A stretch of 64,000 nt of DNA from Candidatus Latescibacterota bacterium (lineage in GTDB: Bacteria > Latescibacterota > UBA2968 > UBA8231). The stretch spans positions 640,001 to 704,000 of the forward strand of contig CBDCXV010000001.1 in assembly GCA_965223905.1 (NCBI GenBank), read 5' to 3'. Below the pieces are notes generated by a model. It was not told where the DNA came from and made no database searches. It saw only the letters and a program-made list of their open reading frames with translations. The position numbers were made by a program, and so were the translations under genes. Shown piece by piece: positions 1 to 10,221 of the stretch; positions within the stretch are counted from its first letter, which is position 1, and each line of letters begins with the position of its first letter.

Positions 1-2
1 CC

Positions 3-74
3 GGTCTCACGCTTGTAACCTTCGACCAGGGCTTCGGGAAGTTTTCCGATATCGAGGTTTTTATTCCGGAGTAG
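3..74 (+). CDS. 3' end of a probable PIN-domain (VapC-like) toxin, cut by the window edge
   Basis: Frame from base 3 reads GLTLVTFDQGFGKFSDIEVFIPE*, matching the typical VapC C-terminal LVTxDxxF motif. Only 23 residues are visible. Confidence 0.5.
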   Translation, partial: GLTLVTFDQGFGKFSDIEVFIPE

Positions 75-214
75 GGCCCACTGCGGATGTCGGTGGGCGT
101 TCCAAATTCATTCTCCGTCTGCAGCTGGTGCCGGGGGACCGGCGGCTCTTGCGGTGGCTTGTCCTCGTTCGTTAGCCCGCCGCCGACATCTCGAATGACG
201 CGGCCAGGATCAAG

Positions 215-2149
215 ATGAAGCCGAACCAGGTGAGTTTCCTGACCCTGCTCATGCAGGTTTCCCTCGCCGCACCGGAAGTCTCCGTATGTCCCAGTACCGC
301 GTCATCCCTGAACGACTGGTCTTTCCAGGCCAGGACGGGCAACGGGGAGGATGGCACCTCCGGCACTCTCCTCGAGGAACTGTCCGGGGTGACGGCCACC
401 GGCAAGGGGGTGATTGTCGGCATCATCGATACCGGCATCGACTGGCGCCATCCCGATTTCCGTAATCCTGCCGACACCCTGCGCAGTCGTATTATTGCAA
501 TTTGGGATTCTGAAGCTTACGTGGAGGCAGAGGATGGACAAGCACCGCTAGGGTTTGGTTATGGACGAGAGTGGCACCGGGAGGAAATCGAAGCCGCGCT
601 CCGCGGCGAAGGACCGGGGGCGCCGCGTGATACGGAGAGTCTCTTTCGTTACGGCCACGGCACCATGGTCGCCGGGATAGCAGCCGGAAACGGAAGCCTC
701 GACCCCCGCTTCCGAGGAATGGCTCCCGAGTCGGAGATTGTCGTCTATGCACTTGGGCCGTACAAGACGGAGGAAACAGTTAACGCATCTGTTTTGGATG
801 GCGCTCGGTACATATTCGACTTGGCAGAGCGCAAAGGAATGCCGGCGGTGGTGAATTTTAGCGGCAGGACACACTTATGCCACCAGGAACAGGAAGAGCT
901 GGAAAGCCTTTTGCGCGAAATGCCGGGGCGGGCGATGGTCGCCTCCGGGGGAAACAGAGGATGGGGTCTTCCCCACGCTCGTATCCCCCTCAACGCCTCT
1001 CCTTCCTATACGATGTACCAAACGAGGCGGGGGAAAGAGGAACAAGGAACTAAATTGGCGCTCGGAGGCTGTTTTCTGGGGTCGGGGGAAGCATGGGTAG
1101 GCGCAGGTTTGTCCCAGGAGGAAATGGTCTGGCGTTCACTGGACGAGGTTGCGGAAAGTGAATTCCACGAAGTAACCGACAGCCTCGGGACCGCGAAACT
1201 TTTTTGGGAGGGCAGCTATATTGAGATGGGTGTCTCGCTGCGTCTTCAAATCGAGGATACGAATCCGAATACAGTGAAATGGCGGATAGCCGCAAGAGGT
1301 AGTGGAGTATTCCACACTTGGGTCTGGCCTAGAAGACCCTTGGACGAATCGTTACTGGAACCACTGGAGGACCCTCAATTTCGTCCCCGCGACAACTACT
1401 ACACACTCTCTTCACCCTCCACGTCTCCAGAAGTCATTTCTGTCGGCGCCTTCGCCAACCGCGACCTGGACTTCTCGGATACTTACGCCGGTCTTTTTGG
1501 CGATCCGACGGTCGGCGACCTGATGCCGTTCTCATCGCGGGGGCCTTCCCTCGAGGGTCTCCTGAAGCCCGACCTCGTTGCCCCCGGGGCGCTGACTGCG
1601 GCCTGGAGCGGCGACTCCACGAAATACCGGACCGAGGCGGGCACCAGTTTCTCCTCGCCGGTCGTGGCCGGCGCCGTTGCTCTCTACTTCCAGCGCTTTC
1701 CCCAGGCCACCAACCGCGAGGTCTGGCGGGCCCTCACCGAATCGGCCACCTCCGACGATTTCACCGGGGAGACCCCCAACCTCGACTGGGGGTACGGCAA
1801 GCTCGACGTCGCCGCCTTTCTGCAGGAACCGCCCACCATGGTCGCCGCCGAGCTCTGGGAAGCTCTTCCCACAGGCTTCTCCCTGGCGCAGAACTACCCC
1901 AACCCGTTCAATGGGCGTACGACTATCACCTACGAACTGCCGAAGCCTGGGGGGGTGGAGCTGACTCTCTACGATCTGCTGGGCCAACCGGTGCGGCGCC
2001 TGGTGTCCGAATACCAGGGCGCCGGGTCTTACCGTATCGCTTGGGACGGGGCCGATGGCGAGGGGAACCAGGTCGCCAGCGGAGTATATCTGTACCGCCT
2101 GAAGGTGGGGAACCAGCAGAGGGCGCGGCGGCTTGTGTTGGTCCGCTGA
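215..2149 (+). CDS. Secreted subtilase (S8) with C-terminal FlgD/T9SS-like Ig domain
   Basis: Catalytic motifs IIDTG, GHGTMVAG and GTSFSSP; SSRGP and KPDLVAPG; signal-like N-terminus; C-terminal QNYPNPFN...WDG...SGVYLYRL. Confidence 0.9.
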   Translation: MKPNQVSFLTLLMQVSLAAPEVSVCPSTASSLNDWSFQARTGNGEDGTSGTLLEELSGVTATGKGVIVGIIDTGIDWRHPDFRNPADTLRSRIIAIWDSEAYVEAEDGQAPLGFGYGREWHREEIEAALRGEGPGAPRDTESLFRYGHGTMVAGIAAGNGSLDPRFRGMAPESEIVVYALGPYKTEETVNASVLDGARYIFDLAERKGMPAVVNFSGRTHLCHQEQEELESLLREMPGRAMVASGGNRGWGLPHARIPLNASPSYTMYQTRRGKEEQGTKLALGGCFLGSGEAWVGAGLSQEEMVWRSLDEVAESEFHEVTDSLGTAKLFWEGSYIEMGVSLRLQIEDTNPNTVKWRIAARGSGVFHTWVWPRRPLDESLLEPLEDPQFRPRDNYYTLSSPSTSPEVISVGAFANRDLDFSDTYAGLFGDPTVGDLMPFSSRGPSLEGLLKPDLVAPGALTAAWSGDSTKYRTEAGTSFSSPVVAGAVALYFQRFPQATNREVWRALTESATSDDFTGETPNLDWGYGKLDVAAFLQEPPTMVAAELWEALPTGFSLAQNYPNPFNGRTTITYELPKPGGVELTLYDLLGQPVRRLVSEYQGAGSYRIAWDGADGEGNQVASGVYLYRLKVGNQQRARRLVLVR

Positions 2150-2191
2150 CCCTGAATCACTTTCCCGATCGAAGGAGCCGGGGCATCCGGG

Positions 2192-2731
2192 CTACTTCAC
2201 CAGCCGCGCGATCTCCCTGAACGCGGGGTTGCCGGCCTCGCGCAGGAGCTCGAACAGGGCCGTTTCCACCGACGTTACTCCGGCCCCGGCGGCCCTCATC
2301 TTCTCCAGTCCCACCCGCTTGTTGGACGGGGTCCGCGACGACACCGCATCCTCGACGACCTCGACCTCGTAGCCGCGCTCGCGCAGGTCGCGGGCGGTCT
2401 GATAGACGCAGATGTGGGTCTCTATGCCGGCGAGCAGGACCTGCTTCCTGCCGCTTTCCTCGAGCCGGCGCCCGAACTCCGGCTGCCCGCAGGCGCTGAA
2501 GCAGGTCTTGGCCAGCGGATGCCGGCCCTCGAGCAGCTCTGCGAGCTCGGGAATGGTAGGGCCCAGGCCCTCGGGGTACTGCTCGAGCCAGAGGATAGGA
2601 AGCTCCAGGGCCGCGGCTCCCTGCACGAGGATGCTCAGGTTGCGGTAGAGCTTCTCCTTTTCGTGCATGAGGGTGGCGAGCTTGCCCTGCACGTCGATGA
2701 CGGCCAGCGCGGTATCGGAAGCCTCAAGCAT
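2192..2731 (-). CDS. Isochorismatase/cysteine hydrolase family protein (YcaC-like)
   Basis: VIDVQ, EQYPEGLGPT, KTCFSAC and GIETHICVYQT motifs. Confidence 0.9.
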   Translation of the reverse strand: MLEASDTALAVIDVQGKLATLMHEKEKLYRNLSILVQGAAALELPILWLEQYPEGLGPTIPELAELLEGRHPLAKTCFSACGQPEFGRRLEESGRKQVLLAGIETHICVYQTARDLRERGYEVEVVEDAVSSRTPSNKRVGLEKMRAAGAGVTSVETALFELLREAGNPAFREIARLVK

Positions 2732-2943
2732 CGCGAGCTCCTTCTACTGCCGGTTCTTTGCTACCTGCGGTCCCATCCATAAAGAGTTGATCCATTCGGG
2801 GCACGGCGGGACGGATGCGCGGTCTTCCCGCCTGTTCGGCTCTTCCTCGGGCTCTCTATCCGGTTCGCCTTACCCGTTCGCCATCTGATGCCAGCGCCGA
2901 TTTAGCCCGGCTCCCCTCAAGGCGGGTCTGACTGAAGGCTTTT

Positions 2944-4086
2944 TCAGATGTACCCGGTCGAGCCGTCGGGGCGCGCCGGGCAGGTCCGCTGCCAGTGGAT
3001 GTACTGGTCGCCTGAGACCGCCTCCTCGTCGACCTCGACGCCGAGCCCGGGGCGGTCGCGCAGCTCGAGGTATCCGTCCTTGGCCAGGTAGGGCTCGTCG
3101 ACCCAGTCGTTCCACTCCGACCCCCGGGGATCTATGTACTCGAGGATCTTGAAGTTGGCCGAGGCCGCGGCGAAGTGGACGTTGACCGCGGTCGCCAGCG
3201 GCCCCATCGGGTTGTGCGGCGCGACGCTGACGTAGTGCGCCTCGGCGATGGCGGCGATCTTGCGCATTTCGAGGAGCCCGCCGCAGATGCAGACGTCCGG
3301 CTGGATGATGTCGGCCCCCTGGGCGGCGAGCAGGTCGAGGAACTCGAAGCGTCCGTAGAGCGATTCCCCGGTGGCCAGCGGCACCCGCATCTGGGCGCGC
3401 AGGCGGGCCCACTGGGGAATGTGCTCCGGCCGCAGCGGCTCCTCGTAGAAGAACGGGTCGTACGGGGCCAGGGCGTCGGCGAGCTGCAGGGCGCGGATCG
3501 GCTCGAAGATCTTGGCGTGCGGATCGAAGGCGAACTCGAAGCCGTCCGGGGTGTTGAGGCGCAGCTCCTCGAAGAACTTCGCCGCCTCGGAGCAGACGCG
3601 GCCCCAGCGGTCGGCGTCCGGGTCGAGGCGGTAGGGGCTGAGCTTGAAGGCGGTGAAGCCCCCCTCTTCGTGAAACCGCAGCGCCTGCTCGGCGGCTTCC
3701 TTTCCGCTGGCGCCGCCGATGCCGTGGTAGACCCGCACGCGGTCGCGCACGGCGCCGCCGAGAAGCATGTATACCGGCAGGCCCGCGGCCTTGCCGCTGA
3801 TGTCCCACAGGGCGTGGTCGAGGGCGGAGATCGCCGGGTAGCCGACGCCTCCGGGGGGAAAGCGGAACTGCTGGTGCAGCTTCATCATGATGTACTCGAT
3901 GCGCCGCGGGTCCTCTCCCTTGATCATCTCGAACAGGTAGTCGGCCACCGGCTCGACAGAGAGGTCGGGGCCGGTCGAGTACGCCTCGCCCCAGCCGTGC
4001 AGGCCCTCGTCGGTCTCGACCTTGAGCAGGGCCCGCGGGCGGTTGCCGAAGCGGGCGATGAACGTCCTGATGGCAGTGATCTTCAC
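2944..4086 (-). CDS. Mandelate racemase/galactonate dehydratase-like enolase-superfamily enzyme
   Basis: GTG start (VKITAIRTF) after a purine-rich RBS; GWGEA, ALWDISGK, EEPL, ATGE, IIQPD, APHNP. The 785-aa ORF call extends spuriously into the antisense/alternate frame of the upstream gene. Confidence 0.9.
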   Translation of the reverse strand: MKITAIRTFIARFGNRPRALLKVETDEGLHGWGEAYSTGPDLSVEPVADYLFEMIKGEDPRRIEYIMMKLHQQFRFPPGGVGYPAISALDHALWDISGKAAGLPVYMLLGGAVRDRVRVYHGIGGASGKEAAEQALRFHEEGGFTAFKLSPYRLDPDADRWGRVCSEAAKFFEELRLNTPDGFEFAFDPHAKIFEPIRALQLADALAPYDPFFYEEPLRPEHIPQWARLRAQMRVPLATGESLYGRFEFLDLLAAQGADIIQPDVCICGGLLEMRKIAAIAEAHYVSVAPHNPMGPLATAVNVHFAAASANFKILEYIDPRGSEWNDWVDEPYLAKDGYLELRDRPGLGVEVDEEAVSGDQYIHWQRTCPARPDGSTGYI

Positions 4087-4100
4087 CTTCTCTGCTCCCT

Positions 4101-5468
4101 TCAGAAAAACACCGGGTATGGTCCGCCCCCGGCTTCGCGCCGGATCAGCAGCGCTATCTCGAGGAGGTGGTAGTCCCCCCACATCGAGGACTCGCCGCAG
4201 GGGATGAGCCGGCCCGGAGGGACGTGGTCCCAGCCGTTGGGCCGGTGGTAGATCGAGTGCAGCAGCAGCCCCTGGTGGGACGGCTCCGCAGACAGGTACG
4301 GTTCCGACAGCAGGGCCGCGGCGATGGTGAAGGCGCCGCCGCGGTAGCGGCCGCCGCGCCCCTGGTCTCCACGCGACAGGAAGTAGTTCCCCAGGCGCAG
4401 GTACCCCTGCGCGCAGATCGCCGCCGCGGAGCTGTCGAGCGGCTCGACGTCGTTGTGGGGATCCGAGGGCTGTTCGGCGATGTCGCCGAATCCCGCCACT
4501 CCCGGGGCGCCGGTATCCCAGAAGGGAACGCCGTCGGCGAAGCTGTTGCGGACGTGGAACTCCGCGGTCGCCAGGGCCGCCCGCTCGATGGCGGCCACCA
4601 CCTCCCGGCCGCCGAAGGGCTTGAGGGCGGAGGCCGGCAGCGTCTCGAAGAACTCGAGGAGCTCGGCGCAGCCGCACAGGATCCAGGCCAGGCCGCGGGT
4701 CCAGGTGGAGAACGGGGAATACCCCTGCTGCGTGCTCGGACAGCGGTAGTTGCCGTCCCGGGTGTTGAAGATCGACTCGTGGGCGACGCGGCCGTCGACG
4801 TCGAAGGCGTCGCGCCCCTCGCCGTAGTAGACGTTGAACTCGCAGGTGGTGAGGGCGTGGTCGACGGCGCGCCCGAGAAGGCCGATGCGCCGGTCCCCCT
4901 CGCCCATCAGCACGTGGCCGAGGCGGTCGGCGAGGCAGAGGATGCGCAGCGAGCGCATGGTGTCGGAGAACAGCGAGTGCGGCCCGTTGAAGGAGTGGAT
5001 GAACCCCCTGCCGCCGGCCGTCTCCGTCCAGCGCGCCGCCTGCACCGCCCCGGACAGCTTGACGGCGAGCTCGTAGAGCGACAGCTCGGCCCGGTCCATC
5101 GCCAGGCGCCCCTCCAGCATCAGGCGCCGCAGGTTGCCGTAGGTCGACAGGTTGTTGAAGCCGTGGTCGTGGACGCCGACGTGGGAGACGTGCGGCGCCA
5201 TCCTGGCGATGGTGGCGTCGCGGCCGATGTCGAGAAACTCCTCCTCGCCTGTCATGTCGTACTGGAGGATGGCGCATCCGTACTGGAATCCCTGGGTCCA
5301 CTCGGTCCAGCCGCGCGTCGTGTAGCCGCCCTCCTGGGTGAAGACCGGGGTGCCGCGGCCGGCGTCCCAGGTGCGGTCGAGGTCGCGGATCTTGCCGGCC
5401 GACAGATTGAGCAGCCGGTCGGTGGCCGGCAGCAGGGCGGCGGGGGTCCGGGTGTGGTCGATTTTCAT
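4101..5468 (-). CDS. Glycoside hydrolase family 88-like (unsaturated glucuronyl hydrolase)
   Basis: WTEWTQGF, HDHGF, STWTRGLAW, DSSAAAI and WGDYHLLE motifs; likely start MKIDHT at 5468. Confidence 0.85.
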   Translation of the reverse strand: MKIDHTRTPAALLPATDRLLNLSAGKIRDLDRTWDAGRGTPVFTQEGGYTTRGWTEWTQGFQYGCAILQYDMTGEEEFLDIGRDATIARMAPHVSHVGVHDHGFNNLSTYGNLRRLMLEGRLAMDRAELSLYELAVKLSGAVQAARWTETAGGRGFIHSFNGPHSLFSDTMRSLRILCLADRLGHVLMGEGDRRIGLLGRAVDHALTTCEFNVYYGEGRDAFDVDGRVAHESIFNTRDGNYRCPSTQQGYSPFSTWTRGLAWILCGCAELLEFFETLPASALKPFGGREVVAAIERAALATAEFHVRNSFADGVPFWDTGAPGVAGFGDIAEQPSDPHNDVEPLDSSAAAICAQGYLRLGNYFLSRGDQGRGGRYRGGAFTIAAALLSEPYLSAEPSHQGLLLHSIYHRPNGWDHVPPGRLIPCGESSMWGDYHLLEIALLIRREAGGGPYPVFF

Positions 5469-5586
5469 TTGTTCAGGGGAATCGTTCGAGAAAGGAACGG
5501 ACAATGGTAGGTACAGCCCGCTTGAAAAGTCCACTCCGATCCGGGATCCAGGCAGGCAGCCAACCGGGAGCGGTGGCGGCGTGCGT

Positions 5587-6906
5587 TCACCCTTCCTGCG
5601 GTGGGCGCAGAATGCGTTTCAGCTCGGCCCTCATGTGCCGCTGAACCGTTCTGACGAACCTTTCGGTGCTGACTCCCTGGCGCCGGGTTTCCAGGCCGAA
5701 GGGTCCGAAACCGAACAGGACTTTGTCGGCTGCGTGCTGCTCCGGGTCGTCGAAATAGCGAGGCGTGGTTCCGCGCAGGGCAGCGGGCTGATCTTCTCCT
5801 TCCGTGCGGTACACGATCGGATTGGCCAGAATCGCAAGTGGGCGATCGCCGGCCAGCGTCGTCGGATTCCGGGGCATCGGTTCGTCCCCCATCTGTACGA
5901 GCTCCTTCGATTCCGGCGCCCAGGACGCAATCCGGTAGGTTTGCCCGGGAGTGACCCATTCCTCGATGAATTCCCGGGCCGCGGCAAATTCGTGCCATTT
6001 CTTCAAAGCCAGCAGGTAGCTCTCCGGGAATCCCGTTTCCTCCCGGGATTCGTCGGCTCTGCCTCGGCGGCGAAGATCGTTGAAGACCACGAACCAGTGG
6101 CCGAATCCCCGCAACCCCCTGGAGAGGGGAATCACGTCATCCCGGGCCGGCGCGTGGCAGCCGTCGACGACCACTACGTGCGGCATTTCACGACTGAGTC
6201 TGGCGACCGTTGTTTTCGGAAACGGAGAGGGGACGCTCATGCGCGTCGATGTCCCGGAGCGCACGCGGTGATACTCTATGGAGAACCGGTCCTCGAGATA
6301 TTCCTCGAGCGGTTCGACAAACCACTGGCGGCCGAAGCGATCGTTGCCGATCACCAGTATTTCGCGGGAGGTCCGAGCCCTGAAATCCTGCAGAAAGTCC
6401 AGGAAACCGGCGGCCTCGAAGGCAGCGCGCCTGACTTCCGCCCGCTGGCGTTCGTCCAGACGACATTCTTCCTCCACCTGATCCGAAAGCTCTTCGAGCT
6501 CGTTGAAGATCCGATAGATCTCCATGGTGGAGAGCGGGGCGGGACAGCGGCCCCGCAGCTCGTAGGTGAGGGGCTCGAGGACCCGGGTGTACTCGTATTC
6601 GAAGCGCCGGAATTCGAGGTCTCTTTGCAGGGTATCGCTCAGCTGGAAACGGCCGTTGCGGGTCTCGTCGCGCAGGTGGCTCAAGTGATCGAGCAGGGGT
6701 TCGAAACCGGATTTCCGGGAGAGGTACCGAGTCAGTGCCGGGGTGAGAACGGTGCCGTCGTGATTGGTTTTGTGGTATCGACCGATCCACTCTTCCAGTG
6801 TGTCGAAGCGACGGGCAACCTCATCCCGCGGGTAGTGGGCGCAGAGCTGCTCGACGTGTACGGTGGCAAGTTCGTCATCCACGTATCGGGTGAGATTTCC
6901 CTGCAT
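5587..6906 (-). CDS. Hypothetical protein, 439 aa, no family recognised
   Basis: Long ORF with protein-like composition, co-oriented with its neighbours. Confidence 0.75.
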   Translation of the reverse strand: MQGNLTRYVDDELATVHVEQLCAHYPRDEVARRFDTLEEWIGRYHKTNHDGTVLTPALTRYLSRKSGFEPLLDHLSHLRDETRNGRFQLSDTLQRDLEFRRFEYEYTRVLEPLTYELRGRCPAPLSTMEIYRIFNELEELSDQVEEECRLDERQRAEVRRAAFEAAGFLDFLQDFRARTSREILVIGNDRFGRQWFVEPLEEYLEDRFSIEYHRVRSGTSTRMSVPSPFPKTTVARLSREMPHVVVVDGCHAPARDDVIPLSRGLRGFGHWFVVFNDLRRRGRADESREETGFPESYLLALKKWHEFAAAREFIEEWVTPGQTYRIASWAPESKELVQMGDEPMPRNPTTLAGDRPLAILANPIVYRTEGEDQPAALRGTTPRYFDDPEQHAADKVLFGFGPFGLETRRQGVSTERFVRTVQRHMRAELKRILRPPQEG

Positions 6907-7011
6907 CTGTGCTACTTGGCAGGAAGGATCAGGAAGAGGGTCCGCGCTGGAAAAGCCGCTTCAGGTGCATCGGTCCCGGTATTCGACATGCAGCCCGGTG
7001 TGGCGCGCAGA

Positions 7012-8991
7012 CTAGGCCAGCGACCTTCGCACCACATGCGCTCCTTCGTTGATGGCATCGAAGAAGTTGCGCACTTCCACACAGTCTCCCGCCATCAACA
7101 CCTCGCATCCCGGACCCGCCTTCTCGATGGCGCGCTTGAGTTCCTGGCGCGGCCGGTAGCCCCTGCTGACGATCAATTTGTCGACGGGGTGGCGCTGCTC
7201 GCGGCCATCGGCCTCTTTGAGGATTGCGGTGCCGTCTTCCACGGCCTCGAGCTCGCTGTCGGCCAGCACCCGGACCCCGGCCTCCCGGGTGCCCTTGATC
7301 AGCAGGGCGAGGTTGGTGCCGTGTTCCTCCAGATTGCCGACTTCGTTTTCGCTACGGCGGGAGACCATCGTGACCGCTCGGCCCTGGGCAGCGGCGTGCC
7401 AGGCCATTTCGTATCCGACCAGGCCGGCGCCGAGCACCATGACCCGCTCCCCGATGTCGAGCTCATCCCAGCGTACGAGGGCGTCGATCGCCGTAACCAC
7501 GCAATCATCGTCGATGCCGGGAACGTCTGGAACGATGGCCTCTCCCCCCGTCGCCAGGACCACGGCATCGGCGCCCTCTTCCTTCAGAGTATCGACAGTC
7601 ACCTCGGCCCCCAGCCGTACCTCCAGTCCCGTCCTTTCCACCTCGACTTCGTAATACTTCAGCAGACGCTTGATGTCCCACTTGAATTCCGGTATCGATG
7701 CGGAGATCATCTCGCCCCCGAGAGTGTCGCGTCTGTCGAAAACGACCGCGTCGTGACCCATCTCCCTGGCGCGCAGACCTGCCTCGAGGCCGGCGGGACC
7801 CGCTCCGACGACTACCACCCTCCTTGATCGAGCCGTCTTTTCGAAGGAGACGATGTTCTCGCGGCCGACCACGGGATTGGTAGTGCACTGGATTCCCCCG
7901 CGATCCATCACGACGAAGGTGTGGCAGAAGTTGCAGCGAATGCAGGGAGCGATGTTCTCGCCCAGCCGCGCCTTTCTCGCCCAGTGTCCGTCGGCTATGA
8001 GGGTGCGCCCCAGGGCGACCATGTCGGCATGGCCCTCGGCGATGATCTGCTCCGCGTCGACCGGATCGGTGATACCGCCCGTGGCGATCACCGGTACCCG
8101 GACACCGCTGTTCTTCACCTCGGCGGCGAGATCGACGAGTGTGTTCGGCTTTATGTAGAGCGGCGGGACCGAGGGGTGGGTGCACTCGACGAACCCCTTC
8201 ACCTTCATGATCGTCGACGACGTGGTGGCCACGTGCAGGTAGACGACCCCGATATCCTCCATGTATTTCGCTACCCGCAGGTGTTCCCCGTCGGTTTCGC
8301 CGACGTCGTACCGATGGTTGACCCCGCCGTGCAGATGTTCGTGAGCGCTGAACTTGAAGCCGATGGGAAAGCCGTCGCCGCAGGCCCGGCGGATTCCCGC
8401 GATGACGTCGGTGGAGAACTTCATCCGCCGCTGAAAGTCGCCGCCGTACTCGTCGTCGCGGCGGTTGGTGTGGGGTGAGATGAACTGACCGCCGAGGTAG
8501 GAGTGCGCGCAGTGGTACTCGACGCCGTCGAAACCGGCTTTTTGAGCCCGCTCGGCCCCGCGCACGAAGCACTCGACCATCTGTTCGATCTCGGGGACCG
8601 TCATCTCCCGGGGCACCTGCTCGTACAGCTCGCTCTCGACCGCCGACGGTGCGAACGGCTCCACGTACGATTTCCCGCCGAGGGCGGCTATCTGCATGAA
8701 GACCGGAGCCCCGGCTGCGTGCACGGCTTCGGAGATTCGGGAAAGCCCGGGTATGAACCTGTCGTCCCAGACAGAGGTGGTGATCACCCTCTTTTCCGGC
8801 CACACCGACGTGAACTCGGTGATCAGCAGCCCTGTCTCTCCCCGGGCTCGATCCACCAGGAAGTCGATGTAGCGATCGGTCACCTCGCCATTCGGGCCGT
8901 GCAGCCCGACATCGAGCGGGGCCAGAACCACGCGGTTCTTCACCTCCAGCGAGCCGACCCGGATGGGCGTGAACAGATGATGCAGAGCCAT
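7012..8991 (-). CDS. NADH:flavin oxidoreductase (Old Yellow Enzyme TIM barrel + Fe-S + FAD/NAD domains; FadH/BaiCD-like)
   Basis: KNRVVLAP, AGFDGVEYHCAHSYL, NRRDDEYGG, CIRCNFC...C cluster motif, GAGPAG. Confidence 0.9.
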   Translation of the reverse strand: MALHHLFTPIRVGSLEVKNRVVLAPLDVGLHGPNGEVTDRYIDFLVDRARGETGLLITEFTSVWPEKRVITTSVWDDRFIPGLSRISEAVHAAGAPVFMQIAALGGKSYVEPFAPSAVESELYEQVPREMTVPEIEQMVECFVRGAERAQKAGFDGVEYHCAHSYLGGQFISPHTNRRDDEYGGDFQRRMKFSTDVIAGIRRACGDGFPIGFKFSAHEHLHGGVNHRYDVGETDGEHLRVAKYMEDIGVVYLHVATTSSTIMKVKGFVECTHPSVPPLYIKPNTLVDLAAEVKNSGVRVPVIATGGITDPVDAEQIIAEGHADMVALGRTLIADGHWARKARLGENIAPCIRCNFCHTFVVMDRGGIQCTTNPVVGRENIVSFEKTARSRRVVVVGAGPAGLEAGLRAREMGHDAVVFDRRDTLGGEMISASIPEFKWDIKRLLKYYEVEVERTGLEVRLGAEVTVDTLKEEGADAVVLATGGEAIVPDVPGIDDDCVVTAIDALVRWDELDIGERVMVLGAGLVGYEMAWHAAAQGRAVTMVSRRSENEVGNLEEHGTNLALLIKGTREAGVRVLADSELEAVEDGTAILKEADGREQRHPVDKLIVSRGYRPRQELKRAIEKAGPGCEVLMAGDCVEVRNFFDAINEGAHVVRRSLA

Positions 8992-9018
8992 GCCTGATTC
9001 CCCTCGGGCGAACCCGTT

Positions 9019-9162
9019 TTAACCGACGAGTTCCACGTCGTCGTCCCCGGCAGGGACGATCTCTTCGGTCGGTCTGTCGGTTTCCGTGCGCCAGACGAGT
9101 CGGATCACCCAGATCGCCAGCAACACCTCGGCGAGAATGGTGAGCCATGCCAGTGCCGTCAT
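9019..9162 (-). CDS. Small single-TM membrane protein, 47 aa
   Basis: MTALAWLTILAEVLLAIWVIRLVWRTETDRPTEEIVPAGDDDVELVG*; ATG overlaps the permease stop (ATGA) and follows GGAGG. Not in the ORF track. Confidence 0.6.
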   Translation of the reverse strand: MTALAWLTILAEVLLAIWVIRLVWRTETDRPTEEIVPAGDDDVELVG

Positions 9163-10221
9163 GCCGCCTCCGTTGCGTTTTTCGCGCCAAACAGCTGCGC
9201 TTCAGGTGTGGTGCCTTTCGCGAGGGCCGTCTTCATCCACACGAAATAGATCAGACCGGCCGCGGACATCGAGCACAGCAGACCGCTGAAGATCTCGTTG
9301 CCGCCGACGTAGAACCCGGTGACGAAACCGGCGATCCAGGCGGCGAATGCGGCCGGGTTGAGGTTCATGTCGGCGCCATCGGCGCGCTCGTAGAGCAGCC
9401 GGCGAGCCGGAAAGGCCCAGTAGTCGAGGATGACGGTGATGGCGATCGGGCCGACGACCCAGGAGAGGAACTGCACCCACCAGAGCGCGATCTGGTCGAG
9501 CCCCAGGTAACTGCCGATAAAGCCGACGACCCCGACGCCGATCGTTGCCAGCCGCCGCATGAACTCCTGGCTTCGGACCATGGGAATCGGCGGCGCCGAA
9601 AACGCCAGCCCGGAGGCGTAGGTGCCTCCCTGGACCGTGGACTGGGCGCCGAACCAGAGTGCCAGCCAGGCGAGAATGCCCATTCCCAACGAGCTGGCGA
9701 TCAGGAACAGGTTCCATTCACCCGTATGCGCCGCCCCGACGGCGCCGCCCCAGTATTGAATCGTCACCAGGCCGACGTACGCCGTCACGATGCCGAAAAT
9801 GGCGTGCTTCGCGTTTTTCCAGAATCGTGCCAGGTCGGCGATGATGGTGACGCCGACGAGCCAGCCGCCCGCGGCCATGTCGAATCCGATGAATACCGGC
9901 TTGGCCGGGTCGAACCATCTTGCGGCCGAAGGTGTAGCGGTACAGAAGGGCGCTGGAATACCCCGTGCGCGCCGCCGCCGACCCGATCAGGACCCCGACG
10001 ATGGCATTGCACAGGGTGCCGAAGAAAATGATCGGCATCGCCATTTTCAGGGGGAACGTCTTGCCCACCATGCCCCCCACCAGGAAACTGGACAGCACCA
10101 GCACCCAGCCCCAGAGGACGAAGCAGTTGTTCCAGAAACCCAGGCGATGGGACAACGGCACTTTTGATCGGGCGGCGTCGCCCACCGCTGCGGCGCTCGA
10201 TCCGGTTTCGATTTCGGTCAC
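9159..10221 (-). pseudogene. NCS1/CodB-like nucleobase permease, broken by a frameshifting internal deletion near 9918
   Basis: N-terminal part (…AAARTGYSSALLYRYTFGRK) and C-terminal part (WFDPAKPVFIGFDMAAGGW…ADLARF…LDYW…NPAAFAAW) are in different frames; about 355 codons in total, shorter than a typical NCS1 permease. Confidence 0.75.

Noticed and set aside
2944-5301. 785-aa ORF read as a long fusion dehydratase
   Set aside because: The N-terminal part is an Arg/Pro-rich alternate frame of the GH88 gene; the real start is GTG at 4086 with an RBS.
5338-7827. 829-aa plus-strand ORF, and other long antisense or alternate-frame ORFs such as 21935..24010, 25462..27297, 36457..38712 and 41478..43484
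   Set aside because: Shadow ORFs of well-supported genes on the other strand or frame; expected in high-GC DNA, with no recognisable motifs.
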